From: Flavobacteriales bacterium DA487 | Lineage (GTDB): Bacteria > Bacteroidota > Bacteroidia > Flavobacteriales_D > Sanyastnellaceae | Direction: 5' to 3' (one strand) | NCBI GenBank assembly: GCA_049334165.1 | Contig: JBEGHD010000001.1 | DNA: 64,000 nucleotides | Shown here: positions 20,920 through 30,414 of the stretch, piece after piece | How the letters are laid out: each line of letters opens with the position of its first letter | Position numbering within the stretch: the stretch's first letter is position 1 | Notes under the pieces: model-generated | Told to the model about the DNA's origin: nothing | Databases searched by the model: none | The model's input: the letters and a program-made list of their open reading frames with translations, nothing else | Made by a program: the position numbers and the translations under genes

Positions 20920-22239
20920 CTACTTTATCTCAACTCTAAAAACGCGTTCAGTGTTCTCCGTGATCCTAAAAGGATGTGCCACCCGAAAGCCGACAATCCA
21001 GGCAATTTCGCCTGCCGACTCGATCACCATAACCCGGTCTTTCTCAAAAACCGGCACTTTCTTCTGTATCAGGAAATCACTCACTTTCTGTTTACCGTTC
21101 ATACCCAGTGGTTGGAATTTATCGCCCTGCTGCCAGAGTCGAAGAGTGAGCGGAAACGTCAAATTGTCGAGATCCAGGAAAGCCTGATTTGAATTAGCAG
21201 ATTTAAAATCGTTCGAAACAGCCTCTTCCGAAAATTCCAACTTCAGAGGTTTATCGATTGAACTCTGTCCACGCTCAATTTGCTGGCTTTCAATTTCGTT
21301 ATTCTGATTTGGAACAAAAACCAGATGCTCTCGCTCGCGGAAGATTTTTCCTGAATTCGTCTCCACAAACTTTCCCGACTGGCTTTCGGCAAGGTCTTTC
21401 ACCTGATCGATCTGCACCGGCTCCAGACCCCAGCCTTCACTCAGGTGCTTCAAAAGAGCGCTTTTCTCGCGAACATCCTTCCAGCGCTTTAGGTCGAGAT
21501 AAGACTTTTCACCTTCAGTGTGCACGAGTTTCTCTGTCAGACCAGCCAAATGATTTTCAATAGCTGGTTTCAGTTCTGCAAAATGATCGATAGCCTCTGC
21601 AATGTGTTTTGAAGCTCCGGGCTTTATTTTTTCCAGCTCGGGGATCACGAGGTTTCGCAGTTCATTTCGAGAGTAGTTGTTTTCAAAATTCGTTTGATCT
21701 TCTCTGAAAGGGACTTTCTCCGTTTCTGAAAACGCCCGAATCTCTTCTTTAGAAGCCCATAGCAATGGCCGGATGACCTTTCCGTTTTGTGGAGACATCG
21801 AAGACCAGGCGCGATAGCCACCTCCGCGAATAAGGTTAAAGAGAAATGTTTCTACGGCATCATCGCGGTGGTGGGCCGTGGCAATCTTTGAGTAGTCGAA
21901 GAGCTCACAGAGCTTCTCGAACCACTCGTAGCGAAGCCTTCTGGCAGCTTCCTGAGTTCCCACTTTCCATTTTGCTTTCGCTTTAGCCACATCAAATTTA
22001 TTGCTGTTAAAAGCGATGTCGTTTTCTTCCGCAAACTGCTCTACCAGTTCTGCATCCAGATCAGATTCCTCACCTCTCAATCCAAAGTTGCAATGAGCAA
22101 TTCCGAAGTCCAATTCGCTGTCGATAAAAAGCTGTGCCATCACCATCGAATCTACTCCGCCCGAAACGGCCAGCAGAACCCGATCGCTTTTGCTAACCAG
22201 TTGGTGCTCAGAAAAGTATTTCTCAAACTGAGTTTTCAT
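20920..22239 (-). CDS. tilS: tRNA(Ile)-lysidine synthetase
   Basis: PP-loop SGGVDS near the N-terminus and overall TilS architecture. The start was chosen at MKTQFEKYF, whose PP-loop is correctly positioned. Confidence 0.85.
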   Translation of the reverse strand: MKTQFEKYFSEHQLVSKSDRVLLAVSGGVDSMVMAQLFIDSELDFGIAHCNFGLRGEESDLDAELVEQFAEENDIAFNSNKFDVAKAKAKWKVGTQEAARRLRYEWFEKLCELFDYSKIATAHHRDDAVETFLFNLIRGGGYRAWSSMSPQNGKVIRPLLWASKEEIRAFSETEKVPFREDQTNFENNYSRNELRNLVIPELEKIKPGASKHIAEAIDHFAELKPAIENHLAGLTEKLVHTEGEKSYLDLKRWKDVREKSALLKHLSEGWGLEPVQIDQVKDLAESQSGKFVETNSGKIFREREHLVFVPNQNNEIESQQIERGQSSIDKPLKLEFSEEAVSNDFKSANSNQAFLDLDNLTFPLTLRLWQQGDKFQPLGMNGKQKVSDFLIQKKVPVFEKDRVMVIESAGEIAWIVGFRVAHPFRITENTERVFRVEIK

Positions 22240-22362
22240 CTTCCTTCGGATAAGATTCTGTAAATGAGTTGTTAAAATTAGGAGTTTTGGGCAACCTTTG
22301 AGCTTTAGCGAAGTATATTCGTAGGCATACAAATCATACGTCAAACAACTAAACAAAAATCA

Positions 22363-23904
22363 ATGAAAAAACTCTTTACTCTTGCTGCGGCAGCGGTGCT
22401 GTCGTGGTCCGCAACTGCACAAAATGCCTCAGATTATTCAGCTGAGGTTGTTCTCAACTACAATGATGCGCTTTTGGAGTTTATCCCGGTAACCCCTGGT
22501 TTTACACCACCGGTGACTGCGCGCGCTTTTGGATATATCGGTCTCACTTTTTACGAATCTGTTCAGCCGGGAATGCCCGAGTACGGTTCTCTGGAAGGAA
22601 TGGCCAACGAACTCAACTCAGTACCAGATCCAGTTTCGGGTCAGGATTACCACTGGCCCACTGTGGCAAACAACGCCATGGCATCTATCATTGACAGTCT
22701 TTTCTCTAATTTGAGTCCTGCGCACCAGGCTCAACTTGAGCAAATTCGTGATGATTACAACAACCAGTTTTCGGGTGAAGTAAGCACTGCGATTTACAAC
22801 GCATCCGTTGATTTCGGTGTGGATGTGGCCAATGCCATCTACGATTACTCTGCCACAGACGGAGGTCACGAAGGACAGTTTTCCAACTTTCCAAATGACT
22901 TTACTCCGGCAGAAGGTCCTGGACTTTGGGAGCCGTTAGACGGTCAAAGCGCTCTTCAGCCTTACTGGGGTCAATTGAGAACATTCGTTGCTCAAAACAA
23001 CGAAGAGTCAAACCTTCCGCCAGCACCACCTGCATTTTCAACTGATGAAGAAAGTGAATTCTACTCCTATGCCTTCCAGGTTTATGATGCGGTAAACAAC
23101 TGCACGGAGGATCAGGCGAACATTGCTCAGTGGTGGGCAGATGGAGCCAACACCATCACACCTCCGGGACACAGCGTTAGTTTGATGACACAGGTTTGTG
23201 AAGAAACCAGTGCAACGCTCGAAGAAGCTGCAGTTTGCTACGCCATGCTCGGAATGAGCCTTTCGGATGCATTTGTGGCTTGCTGGAATTCGAAGTACAT
23301 CCACAACCTCGTTAGACCGATCACTTACATTCAGGATCACATCGATGAAAACTGGGGAACAACAGTGGCGACACCACCATTTCCAGAATACGTGAGTGGT
23401 CACTCTTCGCAAAGTGGTGCTATGGGAGAAATCCTCACTTATCGTTTTGGCCCCAACTACTCTTTTTCTGACGACACCTGGGCCGGCACATTCGGTGAGG
23501 AGCGCTACTTTACAAACTTCTGGCACGCAGCCGAAGAAGCGGCAATCTCCAGAATGTATGGCGGAATCCACTACCAGTTTGGAAATGACGAAGGTCTTTT
23601 CCTCGGTGAGAGAGTTGGTGAAAACATCATTTCGCTATTCTCAACTGTTGGAGTTAAAGAATTCCAGGATCCGGCTGAAAACTTCAGCATGTATCCAAAC
23701 CCGACTTCTGATCAACTGTTTCTGTCTACTTCCGACTTCGGTAAAAACACCATTCGCATCTTTAGCGCAACCGGCCGATTGGTAAAAGAAGTTGAGAACG
23801 TGAAGCAAATCAACACCAGCGAATTGAGCCAGGGAATGTACATTCTCGAATACTCAGCCGAAGGCATGCAAGCCCCGGTGAAAAAGCAATTTGTGAAGAT
23901 GTAA
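22363..23904 (+). CDS. T9SS-secreted PAP2 / vanadium-dependent haloperoxidase-like protein
   Basis: Signal peptide. PAP2/V-haloperoxidase motifs: K-x6-RP (KYIHNLVRP), PxxxSGH (PEYVSGHS) and SRxxxGxH…D (SRMYGGIHYQFGNDEG). C-terminal Por sorting tail (MYPNPTSDQLFLS…GMYILEY…). Confidence 0.7.
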   Translation: MKKLFTLAAAAVLSWSATAQNASDYSAEVVLNYNDALLEFIPVTPGFTPPVTARAFGYIGLTFYESVQPGMPEYGSLEGMANELNSVPDPVSGQDYHWPTVANNAMASIIDSLFSNLSPAHQAQLEQIRDDYNNQFSGEVSTAIYNASVDFGVDVANAIYDYSATDGGHEGQFSNFPNDFTPAEGPGLWEPLDGQSALQPYWGQLRTFVAQNNEESNLPPAPPAFSTDEESEFYSYAFQVYDAVNNCTEDQANIAQWWADGANTITPPGHSVSLMTQVCEETSATLEEAAVCYAMLGMSLSDAFVACWNSKYIHNLVRPITYIQDHIDENWGTTVATPPFPEYVSGHSSQSGAMGEILTYRFGPNYSFSDDTWAGTFGEERYFTNFWHAAEEAAISRMYGGIHYQFGNDEGLFLGERVGENIISLFSTVGVKEFQDPAENFSMYPNPTSDQLFLSTSDFGKNTIRIFSATGRLVKEVENVKQINTSELSQGMYILEYSAEGMQAPVKKQFVKM

Positions 23905-23951
23905 TCAGAATCTTCCACTGGCTGCTTCAAAGAAGTTCGCCAATGATTTTT

Positions 23952-23995
23952 AAGAGCCCTCGATCAAACTTGATTGTTGGGCTCTTTCTTTTTTA
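23952..23995 (+). terminator. rho-independent terminator after the T9SS haloperoxidase-like gene
   Basis: AAGAGCCC…GGGCTCTT stem followed by TCTTTTTT. Confidence 0.6.
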
Positions 23996-24044
23996 TGACG
24001 CTTAATTCCAATGCATTATTTTTAGAGGTTAAACACTCTTCTAC

Positions 24045-24770
24045 ATGAGTCGCGACTTTAACCAAAAAGACGAAATTGAAATCGTTGAAAAGCGAAAAAT
24101 AAAACGAATCACATTCGGCAATTTCGTGGCTTCAATTTTTGATGCCTTCAATCTCGAGCGCGGTTTAATTTTCACGATCAAACGGCTTTTTAAGAATCCG
24201 GGCAAGGCAGTTTCTGATTACCTTTCTACTGGACGGTTTAACTACACACCGCCCTTCCGACTACTTCTGGTAACTACTACCCTGATCATTTTGGTACTCA
24301 GCTTTTCCAGGTCAGGTAGTGAATTTATGAGTGGATTTACTTCAGAAATAGACAACGACAAGATCGTTCAGGACTTAAAATTCCTGGGACGGTTTCTCAA
24401 CCTAATTTTCTGGATTTTCATCCCAATCATCGCGTTTTTTCAATGGCTTTTCAACAGGCGCAGTGGCTACAACTACGCTGAGATGCTGGTTTTTCACACC
24501 TACATCTACTCCATTATTAATCTGATTTCACTTATCCTGGTTTTAGATTATTTCATCAACGGAGCCATTCTGACGCTCATCCTGATGGTGGGGTCTTCGA
24601 TCTACTACATTATTTCTTACAAAAGTTTTATGAAGAAAAGCTGGGGAAGAGCGATCTGGGAAATGATCGTTATCGGATCCATCAGCACCTTCATCTACAC
24701 AGTTATCATCATCGGGCTTATTGCGGGTATTATTATTCTGGAGCTCGGCCTGCCAGAAGTGGATATCTAA
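24045..24770 (+). CDS. multi-pass membrane protein (DUF3667-like)
   Basis: Soluble N-terminal segment of about 60 aa, then several hydrophobic helices; common Bacteroidetes architecture. Confidence 0.55.
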   Translation: MSRDFNQKDEIEIVEKRKIKRITFGNFVASIFDAFNLERGLIFTIKRLFKNPGKAVSDYLSTGRFNYTPPFRLLLVTTTLIILVLSFSRSGSEFMSGFTSEIDNDKIVQDLKFLGRFLNLIFWIFIPIIAFFQWLFNRRSGYNYAEMLVFHTYIYSIINLISLILVLDYFINGAILTLILMVGSSIYYIISYKSFMKKSWGRAIWEMIVIGSISTFIYTVIIIGLIAGIIILELGLPEVDI

Positions 24771-25303
24771 ACTCGCCAAACGACAGCTCTCAGGTCACCA
24801 TCGTGAGACATTGAAACATCCAGTTTTCGGCCTTTGTAAAGTCCGTAAGGCACACGTGAAGAGTCTTTTTGTAGAGTGATTTTTTGGCTTTTGAAATTGA
24901 TTGCTCTCGGTGCGGACTGATAGCTCTCGTACAAACTGGAAAACTCCAGATCTTCATTTAATTCAATTGCTGTGGCATGGATGTAATTACCGTCTTTTCG
25001 GCAAATACTTTTGAATCGAAGGTTTCCAATTTCAACCTGAAAGACAAACTCCTCTTCACTTACCTTGAATGCCTCGATGGAAATAGACTTCGGTTTAAAA
25101 ATACGCTCCCTGTACTTCTTAAACCAGGATTTATAAACCGCCTCTTTCACCGCCCAAAACTTCGCCTCCAGAAGAAATGGATCGTCTGCAGCTTCTATCC
25201 AGTTTCTCTCCCGCTGGGTGTAGATTTTCTGTCGGAAACGGCTGAGTCGATCTCCAGACCTGCGCTTCCAGTTGGGAAGGTAAACGAGGTCATTGCCGAT
25301 CAT
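24767..25303 (-). CDS. 4'-phosphopantetheinyl transferase (Sfp/AcpS superfamily)
   Basis: FWAVKEAVYK matches the W/FxxKEAxxK PPTase motif. 178 aa. Overlaps the ACP gene by 4 nt. Confidence 0.7.
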   Translation of the reverse strand: MIGNDLVYLPNWKRRSGDRLSRFRQKIYTQRERNWIEAADDPFLLEAKFWAVKEAVYKSWFKKYRERIFKPKSISIEAFKVSEEEFVFQVEIGNLRFKSICRKDGNYIHATAIELNEDLEFSSLYESYQSAPRAINFKSQKITLQKDSSRVPYGLYKGRKLDVSMSHDGDLRAVVWRV

Positions 25304-25557
25304 GATTTCTCTTTGAGCAGTCTTTCGGTAGCGTCAATAGCCTCACCCACAGTCAGCATTTTCTCGGCAGTGTCATCGTCAATTTCGATGTCAAACTCTT
25401 CCTCCATGTCGAGGATGATGTCGACCAGGTGAGCAGAATTGACCTGCAAGTCCTGGAGCATGTCGGTGTCCTCATTCACATTTTCAAAAGCCTCCTTGTT
25501 TTGCACGTAAGGCTCGATGACGGTTTTCAGTTTTTTGGTTATTTCCTCGCGGTTCAT
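25300..25557 (-). CDS. acyl carrier protein
   Basis: 85 aa, acidic, with the DLQVNSAHLVDI phosphopantetheine-attachment region. The start was chosen at MNREEI. Confidence 0.85.
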   Translation of the reverse strand: MNREEITKKLKTVIEPYVQNKEAFENVNEDTDMLQDLQVNSAHLVDIILDMEEEFDIEIDDDTAEKMLTVGEAIDATERLLKEKS

Positions 25558-26834
25558 GGAGTGTATTTTTTGAATATGACACATGAGTTGACATCGCCAA
25601 AGCCAAAGCTCGACTTTGCCACGACATTAATTTCTGCCTCCTCGAATGTACGTACAATTCGTTGTTCGTCAATAATGGCAGAGATCCCTGGGTGAACCTC
25701 TTCGCAATTGATGCTCGGATGCAAGAAGTTCTGGCTCAACTGAAGAACGGCAGCTACGTTCTCTATGGATCCCGCTGCACTGAGGCAATGGCCAATCAGC
25801 GATTTTAGCGCGTTGATTCGAGGGAAGTCGGCTCCACTTCTGCCGAGTGCTTCCGACCAGTTTTTCACCTCAGCCACATCGCCTTTGGTAGCCGTGAGGT
25901 GACCGGAAATCAAATCAATTTCCTTTGCTCCAATTTCCGCATCTGCCAGCGCTCCGCGAATGCAGTTTTGAATTCCTTCTTCGTTTGGCGCAGTCATACT
26001 TCCGCCATTTCTCTGTCCACCGCTGTTGAGGTGTCCACCGAGAACTTCAGCGTAGATTTTAGCTCCGCGGGTTTGAGCTGATTCAAGCGATTCGAGAATT
26101 AATGCCCCTGCTCCACTTCCGGGAACAAAACCTCCAGCGTCTGCAGCCATCGGTCGGCTTGCTGTTTGGGGGCTCTCGTTGTGCTTTGCGTTCAGAACCC
26201 GCATGGCATCGAAACCTCCCCACACGTAAGGTCCACCGGCATCGCAACTTCCCGCGATCATGATTTCCGCCCTTCCTCTTCGAATGTGATCGGTCGCCAG
26301 AATCACCGATTCAGTTCCGGTGCTGCAGGCACTGGCATTTGTAGTGACCCAGTTTCCGAGGCCAAATTTCCCGCTCAGGAAAGCACTGATTCCGCTGGGC
26401 ATGGTTTGCTCGACTGTTGAAGTGCCGAGTTTTCTCACCTTGACGTCATCGGTTTTATAGATCGCTTCTCTCAGCGTCTGAATTCCCGAGATGCCAGCAC
26501 CGAAAACGGCTCCACGGCCCCAGTGGGTTTGGCCCTCTTTTTCATCTGGAATTTCGAGTCCGGCAGAAAGCCAGGCCTCACGAGCAGCGAGTACACCGTA
26601 GATTACGCCATTTGCTTTTAGGCGCTTTCGCTCGAGAGGTGAAAAGTTGGCGTCCAGCATTTCTTCAGAAAGGTTTGGCGCACCGCCAACCTGGCACCGA
26701 AAGTCCAGTTCCTCCAATTCTGGGAAATAAGTGATTCCACTCCTCCCGGCTTTTAGAGCCCCGGTGAAATCTTCAACTCCAGTTCCATTTGGCGCGCAAA
26801 CGCCCAGCCCTGTGACGACAACTCTTCTGTTCAT
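25554..26834 (-). CDS. beta-ketoacyl-ACP synthase (KAS I/II-type)
   Basis: 426 aa; active-site Cys (NASACSTG) and two His (SGHLTATKGD, IGHCLSAAG). Confidence 0.9.
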   Translation of the reverse strand: MNRRVVVTGLGVCAPNGTGVEDFTGALKAGRSGITYFPELEELDFRCQVGGAPNLSEEMLDANFSPLERKRLKANGVIYGVLAAREAWLSAGLEIPDEKEGQTHWGRGAVFGAGISGIQTLREAIYKTDDVKVRKLGTSTVEQTMPSGISAFLSGKFGLGNWVTTNASACSTGTESVILATDHIRRGRAEIMIAGSCDAGGPYVWGGFDAMRVLNAKHNESPQTASRPMAADAGGFVPGSGAGALILESLESAQTRGAKIYAEVLGGHLNSGGQRNGGSMTAPNEEGIQNCIRGALADAEIGAKEIDLISGHLTATKGDVAEVKNWSEALGRSGADFPRINALKSLIGHCLSAAGSIENVAAVLQLSQNFLHPSINCEEVHPGISAIIDEQRIVRTFEEAEINVVAKSSFGFGDVNSCVIFKKYTP

Positions 26835-26871
26835 TTTTTTATTATCTGGTTCATTTTCAATTCTTCCTTGG

Positions 26872-26940
26872 CCATGTCTCGACTCCGCTAAACTTCCGCA
26901 GAAGCTTCAGTTTACTCAGTCGACAACCGGCCTTCGCACA
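26872..26940 (+). repeat. copy 2 of a short dispersed repeat (TGTCTCGACTCCGCT … CGACAACCGGCCTWCGC) carrying a 31-nt internal insertion; copy 1 is at 12068-12106
   Basis: The 15-mer plus 17-mer blocks are identical between the two intergenic sites (one mismatch). Confidence 0.45.
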
Positions 26941-26972
26941 AATGAATCAATTGATACCCCCGATTATTCATC

Positions 26973-27458
26973 TTACTGGTGTAAAATCTTCACCATCCCA
27001 CTCAGCTCGCCCACACAAACGCGCTCTTCTTTCTCATTGTAGAGTTCAACCAGACAGTTCAGTTTTCCGAGCCTCCAGTATTTTTTTCTAGAAATCACAT
27101 GCACCTTCTCACCGGGGTAAACCGGATTTTCAAACATTACTTTCGACTCGGTGAAGGCAAAAGCAGGCTGACCGTTTTCGGAGATCGATTCGTCATTCAT
27201 AGAAAGGTAAATTCCCAAGCAGGCTACGCCAATTTGTGCCATGCACTCGGTGAGAATCACTCCGGGAGTAACCGGGCGATCTTTGAAATGACCAGCATAA
27301 AAGTGCTCGTCTTCGCGGAACGTGTAAACTCCTTCGATGCTGTTTTCATCAATTCTCAACAGCTCGTCCACAAATCGAAATGGCGGACCATAAGGAAGAA
27401 TTTCCAGTATTTTTTCTTTTACATCTTTCATTTCACGCAATGTTTTCTCCTCCGTCAA
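26973..27458 (-). CDS. hotdog-fold 3-hydroxyacyl-ACP dehydratase (FabZ/FabA-like)
   Basis: …FYAGHFKDRPVTPGVILTECMAQ… places the catalytic His in the FabZ-like motif. Alternative start MKDVKEK at 27431 would remove the 26-nt overlap with the KR gene. Confidence 0.8.
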   Translation of the reverse strand: MTEEKTLREMKDVKEKILEILPYGPPFRFVDELLRIDENSIEGVYTFREDEHFYAGHFKDRPVTPGVILTECMAQIGVACLGIYLSMNDESISENGQPAFAFTESKVMFENPVYPGEKVHVISRKKYWRLGKLNCLVELYNEKEERVCVGELSGMVKILHQ

Positions 27459-28224
27459 CCGGAATTACCGCTCCGTTGATCCACTTTGATTCGGGTTTCG
27501 AAAAAAGATAAACGGCATTGGCCACATCTTCCGGTGTTGTCAGACGGTGATAGGGATTTCTTTTCAGGCTTCCTTCAATCAGCTTGTCGCTGCCGGGAAT
27601 CATTCGCAGTGCCGGAGTGTCGGTGATGCCAGGTTGCAAAACATTTGCTCTCAGTCCGAGAGGCGCCAGCTCCAACGCCAAATTTCTGTTGATGGATTCG
27701 AGAGCACTCTTGGCGGCAGCAACAGCTCCGTAATTCCGCCAGGCTTTTCGAGCACCTTCGCTCGTGAGCGCAAGAAGTGAAGCATCTTCGGAAAACAAAC
27801 TGCGACTCAAAATCGCCTTCGCCCAGGAATAGTAGCTCACGGCCATGGCGTTGATGGTGATTGAAAAATCATCTTCCGAAAGCGTGTTTTCTACACTTTC
27901 GCCCTGACTTTTGGGTGCCATAGGTTTTAAGTTTCCTTTGGCCAGCGAGTGAAGCATGAGATCGACTTTCACACCAGCTTCTGACAACTCGTCCAAAATG
28001 GAGTTGATGTTTTCTTCTTTGAGCGCATCGGCATTGAAACTGCGAATTTCGATTCCACCTCTGCGCCAATCCTCAAAAGCCTCCTCTACTTTTCGGGCAT
28101 CGCTCTTTCTGCTGCGATACACCAGCACGAGGTCAAAACCTTCGCTGGCGAGTTTCTTTGCGGATGCAAAACCCATCCCGCTGCTGGCACCGAGAATGAT
28201 AGCGGTATTTTTGTTTTTATTCAA
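27433..28224 (-). CDS. short-chain dehydrogenase / 3-oxoacyl-ACP reductase (FabG-like)
   Basis: TAIILGASSGMGFA Rossmann motif and an SDR catalytic S…Y…K arrangement. Confidence 0.85.
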   Translation of the reverse strand: MNKNKNTAIILGASSGMGFASAKKLASEGFDLVLVYRSRKSDARKVEEAFEDWRRGGIEIRSFNADALKEENINSILDELSEAGVKVDLMLHSLAKGNLKPMAPKSQGESVENTLSEDDFSITINAMAVSYYSWAKAILSRSLFSEDASLLALTSEGARKAWRNYGAVAAAKSALESINRNLALELAPLGLRANVLQPGITDTPALRMIPGSDKLIEGSLKRNPYHRLTTPEDVANAVYLFSKPESKWINGAVIPVDGGENIA

Positions 28225-28249
28225 TTTTTATTTGTTTTCATTTTTAAGT

Positions 28250-28590
28250 TAGACCATTATGTCGCTCCTCCGGAGCTTGTTCGTTGTTGGCTCTGTCATT
28301 GGCTACCAAAATGTCGTCCCTCTGGGACTTTCTCCAAAAGCAACTAAGTGCTCCGAAATGCTGGAGTTTCTCACAGAGACCACCGAAAAAAAGCACCGAG
28401 CTCACCTAGCGTTTTTCACAATTGAATACCCTCCTGATCAACCTACCAAGATTTCTCTGTCTTCTCCGTGAAGTCTCTGCGAGCTCTGCGAGAACATCCG
28501 TAGCTGCAAGCAACTCCCACCTTCGTTCTTCTACGCTGGGCAAGCATAAGTCAAAACAGATCTGCCCTAACTGCACGCATTCCAACTTTC
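28250..28590 (+). repeat. copy A of the dispersed intergenic element (see copy B at 19785-20200); it encodes the paralogous small ORF MSLLRSLFVVGSVIGYQNVVPLGLSPKA… and the palindrome GTCCC-TCT-GGGAC
   Basis: Aligned by eye against the reverse complement of 20085-20170; the distal TAACTGCAC…GCAT…AACTT block is also shared. Confidence 0.55.
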
Positions 28591-28642
28591 GTTTCACTAC
28601 GGTCGGCAAGCGTAATTCATAATTGACACTTTCATAACTCAA

Positions 28643-29701
28643 TCACTCCCATTTCAACAACAACCGCTGCGCGGAAAAGCCAGGACCAAAACTCAGCATC
28701 AATCCGTAATCGTCTTTTTTCACTTTCACGTTTTCGAGGTATTCTTCCAAAACATAAAGAACTGTTGCGCTGCTCATGTTTCCATAAACCCGCAACACTT
28801 CCCTGGTGACATCGATGTGTTTGCCGCGTGCATGCAGCAATTCCTCAACCATCTTCACGATTTTCTTTCCTCCGGGATGAAAAATAAAATGCTCCACATC
28901 GTCCACCTTCAAATCATTTCGCTCCAGGAAAGGCAACAAAATCCGATCGAAGTGCTCCTCAATCTTTTCGGGAACTGACGGGTCGAGCACCATTTTCAAA
29001 CCGGAGTTTTTCAGGTCGAAACCCATCATTCGCGATTCATCAAAGAAGTGATACATCGCCCGGTCGACAATTCTCGGCAAGAGTTTTTTATCGTCAGGAC
29101 CCAGAATCGTGCAAGCAGCTCCATCGCCAAAAATGGCGGCACTCACCATGTTGGTCATGCTGTAATCATCGAGCTGAAAAGTACTCGTTGGTGATTCCAG
29201 AGCAATCACAGCAGCTCGTTTGTCGGGTTGCGATTTGAGCAAGTCGTGGGCGTACATTAGAGCAGAAGTCCCGGCAGCACAACCCATCTCCGTTACCGGC
29301 AGGCGCATGATGTCCTGCTTCATTTTGAGTCGGTTGATGAGAAAAGCATCTACCGATGGAATCATAATTCCCGTGCAGGAAACCGTGATGATGTAATCGA
29401 TGTCTGTAGGTTTGAGCTCCGCTTTGGCAAGTGCTTTTCGCAAAGCATCCTCCGCCAGGTCTGTCATTCGCTCCGAGTAGAGGTTGTTCTTTTCTTCGAA
29501 AGAAGTTTGTGTAAAAACCTCTTCTGGCGACATGATGCTGTAGCGCTTGTCCACCTGAGCGTACTTAAAAATCCTGAGAACTTTGTCGCGAAAGCGTTTC
29601 GGTTGATCGCTCAACCAGCTTTCTACAAATGGCAGAATCTCTTCGGTCGTTCTTGTGTACTGGGGTAATGCTTTGGCGGTGGAGAGTATTTTGGTTGTCA
29701 A
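28643..29701 (-). CDS. type III polyketide synthase (chalcone/stilbene synthase family; alkylresorcinol/alkylpyrone synthase-like)
   Basis: Catalytic Cys in MGCAAGTSAL, His in FIFHPGGKKIV, Asn in GNMSSATVL, and the C-terminal SFGPGFS (GFGPG signature). 352 aa. These motifs distinguish it from FabH/DarB-type KS III. Confidence 0.85.
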   Translation of the reverse strand: MTTKILSTAKALPQYTRTTEEILPFVESWLSDQPKRFRDKVLRIFKYAQVDKRYSIMSPEEVFTQTSFEEKNNLYSERMTDLAEDALRKALAKAELKPTDIDYIITVSCTGIMIPSVDAFLINRLKMKQDIMRLPVTEMGCAAGTSALMYAHDLLKSQPDKRAAVIALESPTSTFQLDDYSMTNMVSAAIFGDGAACTILGPDDKKLLPRIVDRAMYHFFDESRMMGFDLKNSGLKMVLDPSVPEKIEEHFDRILLPFLERNDLKVDDVEHFIFHPGGKKIVKMVEELLHARGKHIDVTREVLRVYGNMSSATVLYVLEEYLENVKVKKDDYGLMLSFGPGFSAQRLLLKWE

Positions 29702-29707
29702 TATTTT

Positions 29708-30412
29708 TTAGTGTTTGGTGTCGATGATGGCCACCCAGCGAAACGCCCAGCGCCATTTCAATTTAAAGTTTTTGAGATCTGCTTTGTTCAGCAGCCTGTT
29801 CCAATCCTTTTTGGTGAAACTCTTTTTTACACTCAACTTCCCATCGTGGCGGCTGATGTGAGAAAATCGAAAAATACGAGAAGTCAGTCGAAAAAGCTGA
29901 TACGGAATCCAGTTTCGCTGCAAATCGTTGATGACAATGAATCGCGAGTTTTCGGCAGCCCTTTGCAGCAGCTCCACAATCTGATCATCGCTAAAATGAT
30001 GCAGCACCAGATTGAAAAGAACGATATCGAAATTTTCTTCGGGCCAATTTTCAAAAAGATCGGCACACACAAAATGAATGTTATCGAACGCTGCATTTTC
30101 CTTTTTGGCAAACTCCACGGCCGTTGAGTTGGCATCAAGCCCCACAAGTTCAAGTTTGCGGTTCTTAAAAATGGGGGTTTTGGCCAGGGCAGCCAGCGTA
30201 TCGCCTCCTCCACAACCCAGGTCGGCAATTCTCCAGTTTGATTTTGGGTCATCGCTGAGAATTTCCCTCACCGCACTAATGGCAATTTGATGTCCACCGA
30301 GCAGGCGATTTACTTTTCCGAGCTCGCGAAGATTTTCTGTCAGATCATTCCCAGTCAGCTCCAAATCGTCCAGTATTTCAGGCTCTCGCGAACGTTCTCT
30401 AATCTTTAGCAT
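29708..30412 (-). CDS. class I SAM-dependent methyltransferase
   Basis: IADLGCGGGD motif I; 234 aa. Confidence 0.8.
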   Translation of the reverse strand: MLKIRERSREPEILDDLELTGNDLTENLRELGKVNRLLGGHQIAISAVREILSDDPKSNWRIADLGCGGGDTLAALAKTPIFKNRKLELVGLDANSTAVEFAKKENAAFDNIHFVCADLFENWPEENFDIVLFNLVLHHFSDDQIVELLQRAAENSRFIVINDLQRNWIPYQLFRLTSRIFRFSHISRHDGKLSVKKSFTKKDWNRLLNKADLKNFKLKWRWAFRWVAIIDTKH

Positions 30413-30414
30413 TG

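Noticed and set aside
12068-26940. The two same-orientation copies of the TGTCTCGACTCCGCT…CGACAACCGGCC repeat as attL/attR of a 14.8-kb integrated island
   Set aside because: The intervening genes are core housekeeping (hflX, rbfA, tilS, ftnA). There is no integrase and no compositional break.
26973-27458. Frameshift or pseudogene suspected from the 26-nt overlap between the dehydratase and KR genes
   Set aside because: An in-frame alternative start (MKDVKEK at 27431) removes the overlap, and both proteins are full length with intact motifs.
28643-29701. DarB-type (FabH-like) dialkylresorcinol ketosynthase / flexirubin cluster assignment
   Set aside because: The protein has the chalcone-synthase-family HPGG, GNMSSA and GFGPG-like signatures rather than FabH/DarB features. 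The locus has a single KS and lacks the tyrosine ammonia-lyase, CoA-ligase, thioesterase, LolA and exporter genes typical of flexirubin/aryl-polyene clusters.
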